A DNA stretch of 61,986 nt, filler included, from Stramenopiles sp. TOSAG23-3 (taxonomy: Eukaryota), in NCBI GenBank assembly GCA_900128585.1. It is 15 parts of 15 records of this genome, joined end to end, with 100 filler letters (N's around TTAATTAATTAA, not from the genome) between each part and the next. Parts side by side here need not be neighbours in the genome. Positions count along the whole stretch, not along the records: positions 53,839 to 57,862 come from LT643984.1; positions 57,963 to 61,986 come from LT643985.1; 13 more parts are not named here. One strand, 5' to 3'. The position numbers were made by a program, and so were the translations under genes. Shown one piece after another: positions 55,318 through 61,986 of this stretch. Numbering within the stretch: the stretch's first letter is position 1; every line of letters begins with the position of its first letter. The notes below the pieces were generated by a model, which had not been told where the DNA came from, did not search any database, and saw only the letters and a program-made list of their open reading frames with translations.

Positions 55318-57762
55318 ATGGTTTGCGAATCTTCTGCTTACACGCGTTTACTTCTTATTTGGGTACTCATCGTCTCGGTGAGAGCAACCCAAATTGGTCG
55401 GGGGTTACTGACGACGACGATTGCGTCCTCTGGTGACGACTGGAGTTTGCGAGTCAACGGTGTGGAATGGTTCCGTTCTGCAGGAGAAGTAGCACTTCAC
55501 GTGAACAATAAATGGCTGTCATCGCGCAGCTCGCATTCGCTACGCCTTATTCAGAGCAGCAACACCACAGGAAAGGACAGACTTGGGAACTTTCAAGCGG
55601 CTGTTTTCAACTGGTCCGCGCCGGAAGTTCCAGGAAATGTGAAATTTTCTACCAGCGTCAGGGTATACTTGAACACACCAGTGGCTATCTTTTCAACGCA
55701 TTTTCCACATGGATTGAACAACACAGCAATTTGCCATTCAGGAGGTGCCGCTTGCACAAACGAACCATTGTCCCGTTTCCCGTCAATGGACCCTAGTGCC
55801 GGGGTGTACTCCGCCAGCGCCGAGGCCAAGAAACTTGTTTTCTCCGGGATTTTTGCAGTGGCGTCTGTGAACAGTAGCAGCAACATGGACCCGGGGTTGA
55901 TGGGTGTATCAGGGGGTGGCCCGGAAGCAACGTATAAGGATGCAGAAGGGACTGTCGTGGTGAGCTCCCCCCTTACAAAATTTATGGTGGCGTACTCACA
56001 AATTGTGACCCCCATCGCAAAGGATTTGCCCCCCGTGAGCGCAAAAGCATATGCGCATGGTATCGGTGGCGAAGTCGCATCGTTGCCCGCATCGTTCAAG
56101 TATGAGCACATAGTATTTGTTGGAACCAGCGGCATAAAGGATGCCATGATCGGGTGGGGTCATGCCCTCAGGACGTACCACGCGACACGCCCCAAAATTG
56201 CAGATTCAAGCCTTACAGAGCTAGGCTACCGGACAGACAACGGGGCATTCTACTACTGGTGGTACCACAAAACCCCGCCGTTTACCGCAAACCAAGTCCT
56301 AGTCCAGGAGGCAAAATCGCTTGCAGCGCTTGGGGTTCCTGTTCAGCGGGTCCAGCTTGATGCGTGGTGGTATAAAGGCCCCCCTGCAAGCCAAAGACAA
56401 GTTGACGGAGAATGGGCTTGCATTCAGGAGTTTTCCCCGAACCCTCGGTACTTCAACGTCTCGCTCCAGCAGTTAGAGGTTGGAATGGGAATCAAGAAGC
56501 TGAACTTGTACCACAACTACTTTTGCCCAGGGCCAAACAATACGTACATCTCCAAGTTTAGGTTTCTCGGTACTGATTATACCGGAATAAACTTTACGCA
56601 CGTGGCCCCCGAAGAAAGTTACAAATTTTATAAATATTTGTGGGGGAAGTCCGCCCAGCAGGGCATGGTGGCGACAGAAATGGACTACCAAAGCACAGCG
56701 TATAATTTTCTTCCTCACCTGAGGCGAATGCCCAACGGCGCCGAAGTATTTTTGGAGGGAATGGCCCGCGCAGCAGAAGAACTGAAGGTCGGTATACAGT
56801 ACTGTATGTCAACACCTCGGTTTTTTTTGCAAGCCGCACTTCTACCAGCAGTTACAAACATACGAGCGTCTATCGATTACGGAAATAATGGCTCACTAGT
56901 AAACGTTGCATACACAAACCTTTTGGCGCATTCACTTGGAATTAAAGCGACGAAGGATGTATTTTGGACGTATGATTCAAGGAAGGTCCCCGGTGCGTGG
57001 CAAGGTTGGGGAAAGCACGGGCCGATTAAAAATTACACTGGCTTGATCAATTACACTCACCCACAGCTGGACGCGATCGTTGCGACCTTAACCGGCCCCG
57101 TCGTTTTTGGTGATGCCATAAACTACACAAACAAATCGCTGTTGATGTCCTGTTGCCGAACCGATGGGAAAATCTTGAGGGCTAGCATTTCCTTGTTGCC
57201 TATTGATGCTTACTTTAGCAACGAAAAGGGTCGTTACCCAGGCGGGCACGTCTGGGTAGCATCCTCCACTGGGTTGGGATGGTATGTCGTTGGATTTGGA
57301 ATCCCTGGAGGCTACACGCTTCGCTCTTCTGACTTGTTTCCGAAGTCGAGCGCGGCAGTCCATGTATACAGAGAGTTTAATTGGGGTACATGTCAAGATG
57401 GAGCAGCATGGAGCGAGTGTGTAAAACGCTGGGACAACGGGGTTGACTCTAGTGCCCCTTACTTCCCAGACGGGGCCCCCTACCCCGCTTACTCGAACTG
57501 TTCTCATACGTACATGAGCATTTACCCAATGCTGGACGGCGGATTTGTGCTGCTGGGGGAGTTGAGCAAATACGCTAGTGTTTCTACAGACCGCTTCACT
57601 GGCGTACAGGGCGGAAGTAAGCTTTCTGTTACGGTCCACGGGGTCGCAGGGGAGACTGTGGATGTCACCGCACTTGTTCCATCTTCTGCTGGAAAAAAAG
57701 TCCGAGTTCACCGGGTTGTCTTTAAAGGCGATGAGTCCACTATCCAAGTAAACTTTCATTAA
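55318..57762 (+). CDS. Secreted glycoside hydrolase-like TIM-barrel protein (clan GH-D-like: GH27/31/36-related)
   Basis: Signal peptide; motifs GYRTDNGAFYY, QLDAWWY, EMDY (candidate nucleophile), QYCM, RASIDY (candidate acid/base), GPVVFGD and LLGELSKY. Confidence 0.75.
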   Translation: MVCESSAYTRLLLIWVLIVSVRATQIGRGLLTTTIASSGDDWSLRVNGVEWFRSAGEVALHVNNKWLSSRSSHSLRLIQSSNTTGKDRLGNFQAAVFNWSAPEVPGNVKFSTSVRVYLNTPVAIFSTHFPHGLNNTAICHSGGAACTNEPLSRFPSMDPSAGVYSASAEAKKLVFSGIFAVASVNSSSNMDPGLMGVSGGGPEATYKDAEGTVVVSSPLTKFMVAYSQIVTPIAKDLPPVSAKAYAHGIGGEVASLPASFKYEHIVFVGTSGIKDAMIGWGHALRTYHATRPKIADSSLTELGYRTDNGAFYYWWYHKTPPFTANQVLVQEAKSLAALGVPVQRVQLDAWWYKGPPASQRQVDGEWACIQEFSPNPRYFNVSLQQLEVGMGIKKLNLYHNYFCPGPNNTYISKFRFLGTDYTGINFTHVAPEESYKFYKYLWGKSAQQGMVATEMDYQSTAYNFLPHLRRMPNGAEVFLEGMARAAEELKVGIQYCMSTPRFFLQAALLPAVTNIRASIDYGNNGSLVNVAYTNLLAHSLGIKATKDVFWTYDSRKVPGAWQGWGKHGPIKNYTGLINYTHPQLDAIVATLTGPVVFGDAINYTNKSLLMSCCRTDGKILRASISLLPIDAYFSNEKGRYPGGHVWVASSTGLGWYVVGFGIPGGYTLRSSDLFPKSSAAVHVYREFNWGTCQDGAAWSECVKRWDNGVDSSAPYFPDGAPYPAYSNCSHTYMSIYPMLDGGFVLLGELSKYASVSTDRFTGVQGGSKLSVTVHGVAGETVDVTALVPSSAGKKVRVHRVVFKGDESTIQVNFH

Positions 57763-58196
57763 GTGATGCGTAGTTAGTTTCCATGTCCGTGTAACAAGTA
57801 TTTGAGTCAGAACAAAACACTCTCCATCATCATAACTTCACAATAGAAACCACGAAGAAAGANNNNNNNNNNNNNNNNNNNNNNNNNNNNNNNNNNNNNN
57901 NNNNNNTTAATTAATTAANNNNNNNNNNNNNNNNNNNNNNNNNNNNNNNNNNNNNNNNNNNNTCATAGTCACGAATTGATCCTACAATTGAGATAATCTT
58001 GAGAGTCTTAAAACATACTATATAATCAGTTTTTTTTTTTAAAAAAACAAATTATATTAGTAATAATTTTGTTTTTTATATATAATATTTTGATTAAGCT
58101 TTAAAACTGAAATTAAGATTTAGTATTTACACCCATCGTTTCCAGGGGACGTTCACACAAAATATTTCACCAGTGGCACTGCTCGACTTCAGGGCT

Positions 58197-61100
58197 TTAA
58201 TCCTCGAGTTTTCGTATCCTGTCCCTCAGCTTGTTGTTTTCTTCAGATACCTGCTGGTAGTTGTATTTTAAATCCTCTATTTCTTCAAAAAACTCCATGT
58301 CAAACGCCGAGAGTTCATCCCGGAGTTTTTCGTTTTCTTCCCGTAGTGAGCGGTTGTCCTCAACCATACGTGCATCTCGTTGAGTATCCGATGATGCCGC
58401 TCGCTGGCCAATTCGCTCTATGTCCCGTTCGCGACGACGAAGCTCGCCTTTCGCTTCGTCCAATTGGCGTTCTAGGCCATCAATCTTCGATTCAGCCTTC
58501 GATAGATCAAGCGCAAGCTGGTCTTTCTTACCCTGGCCTGTCTTGTCGCGTTCGCTGTCCCGTTTTATTCGGTTGCGATAAATTTGTTCATTCGCCTGTT
58601 CCAATTCGGATTGGAGACGGTCTCGCCCAGTGCGGAGCGCATCGATTTCCTTCCTAAACTTTTTCAAATCTTCATTAGCTCGTTTCAATTTTTGGCGCAG
58701 CTGAACAGATTGTTCTTTCAATCGCGCAGATCCCATACGAGCATCCGATGCACTGGCAACACGGTCCAGCAACTTTTCTTTCTCTTCTTCAAGACTCCGT
58801 ACAGTAGCTCTTAGTTCTTTCGCATCCTTTCGAGCTTCCTGCAATTTGGCGGTGGAGACACCTTTCCTGGCCAAGCGTTCGTTCTCTGCCTGCAACTTCA
58901 TGATGACACGGTTTTGGGAATCGATCACCCCTTCCAAATCTCTTTCTCGCCGGAAACGATCTCCCGCTTGGCGGCTTTTTCGCATCCCATCACGGCTAGA
59001 ATCACCAGAACCACCAACCTGTGAAACGAGCGCCCGGTTAGACGCTTCCAGCTCTAGAATGCGCCGGTTGTACCCCGACTGCTCAGCCCTGGCCGTTTCA
59101 ACGTCAAAACGCAACTCCAACACCAAGTTGTCGCGCTCAATTATACGGGCCTCAAGTGCACGGTACTCGCTACGCAAGGAATCAAGCTCGTCACGTGCAG
59201 CTTCGTCCTTTTCAAAACGTTCGACTGATGACCTGAGATACGCGGAGTCGCTTTCCTTTCCTTCGCCGGACCCTCCGACCGACCGCTCCAGTTGACGCAC
59301 ACGGCGCTTCGCGGCTGCCAAATCGGCTTCCAGCGTGCGTACTTTCGTTTTCAGGACATCCTTGTCGGCCTTGAGTCTCCTAATGTCACCCTCCTTTTCA
59401 ACTTCCGCAACACGTTGCAGCTCCGTGCACTTTCGCTCAAGCTCAAAGACACGCTTCCGAACTTCTTCGGAACTTTGAAGGTCAGACAGTGCCTTTTCCA
59501 AAGATTTTCCGCTCCCCCGACTGCCAGATTTTGCAAGTTTGGACTCAAGCACACTCTTTTCCCGCTGGCACCGGGACAATTGCGTCTTCGCTTTCTCTGC
59601 CGTTTTAATGGCAATGTCTAATTCCTCGCGCTTTTCTTGCAACCTCGCGGACAGGGTCTCCGTTCGTTTGCGGAGGCGCTTCTGAGCTTCCCATGCTGCC
59701 CGGGACGCCGGTCCGGTGGTTTGCGGAGCGCTTCTCTGACCAGGGCTTCGCTTCGTCTCTTTAGTCTTTGGATCTTTCTGCGCTGATTCAACACGGGCAA
59801 GTTCGGACTTGTACGCCTGCAGTTGGGCTTCCAACACACGAACGCGCTCATTGTCCGTCGTGCTTCCACCTGGGGTGTCAGATGTCGCGGTAGAAGATTT
59901 CTGTTTTTTGCGAAAAGTGGCATTCTGTTCCCGCAACTGCTGTGCTTTGCGTTTTGCCTCACCGACCTGTCGTTTAAGATCGTTTACTGTATCGAGCTGG
60001 TCCGTCATCGTGTTCGCTTGCTCTTGAACTTGGTCGCGCAAATCTTCTACTTGTCGAATCATGCTGCCCCTGCCGTCCTCAAGCTTTCGCGTTTTGCGAT
60101 TTGCAACTTCCAGCTCTTCGCGGACGTGTTTCATTCGCTGCTGAAGGCTCTCTACCTTTGCCTTCATACGGCGAACTATTTCTTCCCGTTCACGCTGCGA
60201 CGGGGACGATCTCTCCTGGTCTACCTCCTTGACACGAATCTTTTCTTCCTCTATCTTCTCCATTTCCCTGTTTTCCTCTGCCTTTACAAACTCTTCCTTC
60301 AGGCGAACAATCGCCTCCCGCAGGTCTGCCAGCTTGCGGTCTTTGTCTTTCAGTTGGCGTTTCAATTGTTCGATCATCTTTTTCGTGTTCCTGGAATCGA
60401 CCGTGCGTTGCAAGTGCGCCGCCCGCGCACGGAGCTCGTCCAGTTCAGACAAGGCTTGCCCAGCTCTCTGTTCGGCAAGCCGAAGTTGGTGGCTCTTAGC
60501 CGCGACCTCTCCCTCAAGATTTTGAATCTGTGTGTCCTTCTTTGCGACAGCGTCCGTCAACCCGTCCATTGCCTCCATTAACGTCAGATTGACCCCACCT
60601 GCCTTCAACGTTGCATCATTTGACGAGCCTTCCAGTTTCGCAAACGCTTCACGGAGTTTATCAATGGCGGAACTGTTTTCTTCGTACAATCGGTCGGTCA
60701 GCCTCCTGATTTCCTCCTGGTCTTGCTGCTTTTCGGCTTGAAAACGTGTTTGCTGCTCACTCAAACGGTCCTTGTAGTCGTTGACCATTTTCGTTTTCTT
60801 GTCTAACATGGCTCTCAGCTGTGATATGGTTTGTTTAGCAGCTTCAGTCAGCTTCTGCGTCTCGCGGGCATAAAATTGCGATTTGGCCGCCGCTGTGCCT
60901 GGCGTATTTGGTTGGTTCTTTTTGCCCTGTCCGCGGGGGGTCCTGGGATCAAGCGGTCCGCCCAATGGCTGTTCGTCGGCGTTGAGAACGGGCAAACCCT
61001 CAGAGCGCAACTGCTGGCCGTAAAGGCCTGCCCGGCCTTCTACACTCTTCAGCTTCGAGTTGGCCTCCGTGGCCTTAGATCGTGCCTCGCGCAGTGCTGC

Positions 61101-61986
61101 TTCAAGCTCGTTGATGCGACGCGTTTGCACAGAGTTCTGTTTCTGGTATTCTTCCATTCGTTCCAGCGTCTTCGAGAAGTCCGTGTTGCTCGAGGAGGGT
61201 TTGGATTTGGTAGAGGAAGCGTTCAAATTAAACGCACCAGACTCGGAGAAGTTGTTGGATTGGTCATCCCGCGTCTCAATGAAAGTTTTGTCTAATTCGC
61301 GTTGTTGTCTATCCTCCTGGTCCATCTCATTGTCGCGCAGGTTTTCCAGCTCTCGATGGCGGGCAACAGTTTGAGCTTGCACTAAGTCTTCTTCCATCGC
61401 CTTAATGGCCGCCACATTTTTTCTATCTCGCCTGGACAAGTGTTTGTTCTCATCCCGAAGAAGCTGAAGCTCCCTTTTCTGGCGCAAGGCAAGGAGTTTG
61501 TTTTGCTTCAACTCGTCCGACAATTTCAAGAGCCTGCGAGCAATACCCTTTGAGCCTGCGATAGGACGGAGATCGTTTGAGTTCTCCGACATGGGGAACT
61601 GGCTTTCTTCAAGAACACCCCCCCCCGTCTTCTTTCTCAATCATGCCACGGATATCTCGAATCTGGGCACTCAAGGACTCCACTTCAAGGTCACGCGATT
61701 GGATTTCCCCTTCCAGGCGAAATCGTGCCTTCTCGGCTTCACGGAGACGTTTCTCGCTGTCTTCGCCAACTTCACTCAGGTCACGGATTTGGTCGTTCAT
61801 TTGCTCTAATCTCTCAAAGAGGCCGGCACTCGATCCGCTTGATGGGTGAAGTTCGTCTTTGAGGCGCGTAAGAGCCTTCTCCGACGCGATTATGCGGGCC
61901 CGGCACAACTTCCTCGTTTCTCGCAACTTTGCATCTTTCGCGTCCAGGGCTTGCTCGTACTTTTGACTCGCCAGTCTCGTGCGGTT
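58197..61986 (-). CDS. CEP290: CEP290 C-terminal region (5' partial; one frameshift at the homopolymer 61618-61626)
   Basis: Long coiled coil ending in the CEP290 signature ELSAFDMEFFEEIEDLKYNY, plus AWEAQKRL. The upstream coiled-coil frame 61986-61627 joins the main frame if the G9 run is read as G8. Confidence 0.88.

Noticed and set aside
4054-57962. Regularly spaced TTAATTAATTAA palindromes about every 4.1 kb
   Set aside because: Each is embedded in N runs with identical 100-bp geometry, so they are artificial six-frame-stop linkers, not biological repeats or a CRISPR-like array.
1-61986. A multi-gene cluster, for example co-occurring cilia or mitochondrial-import genes
   Set aside because: The genes lie on separate length-sorted contigs, so adjacency across spacers carries no information.
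1-61986. rRNA, tRNA, snRNA, CRISPR arrays or an alternative genetic code
   Set aside because: None recognised by eye. Conserved genes end at TAA, TAG and TGA at the expected positions, consistent with the standard code. A covariance-model search would be needed to exclude small RNAs.

Overview
This window is not one locus. It is 15 eukaryotic contigs of about 4.0 kb, ordered by decreasing length (4053 down to 4024 bp) and joined by 14 artificial 100-bp spacers (N-run, TTAATTAATTAA, N-run). There are also two internal N gaps. Synteny across spacers is therefore meaningless. The genes are nearly intron-free (one clear GT-AG intron seen), separated by very AT-rich, GAA/TTC-rich spacers, and include cilium/centrosome genes (CEP290, PACRG-like, CCDC17-like, a divergent dynein heavy chain). 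This points to a flagellated protist MAG or single-cell genome; a stramenopile is a guess only. Housekeeping genes include DPP3, an SLC35A transporter, a Tim17-family protein, a HECT E3, SmB, PLRG1, Tim8, AFG1, SAM50 and PA2G4. The most interesting observations are: (1) a large membrane protein joining BPI/TULIP-like lipid-binding repeats to a bacterial-type PqiA/LetA domain, a candidate single-chain eukaryotic lipid-transport system; (2) two short non-coding motifs that recur just downstream of stop codons, always oriented with the nearest gene; (3) an intact transketolase homologue lacking its catalytic and ThDP-binding residues; (4) a 1351-codon Tudor/EF-hand/4xPUB frame missed by the ORF track; (5) a polycystin-like channel with an apparently circularly permuted FYVE finger; (6) three MITE-like elements and a decayed RLE-type non-LTR retrotransposon. 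All domain calls are from motif recognition by eye, not database searches.
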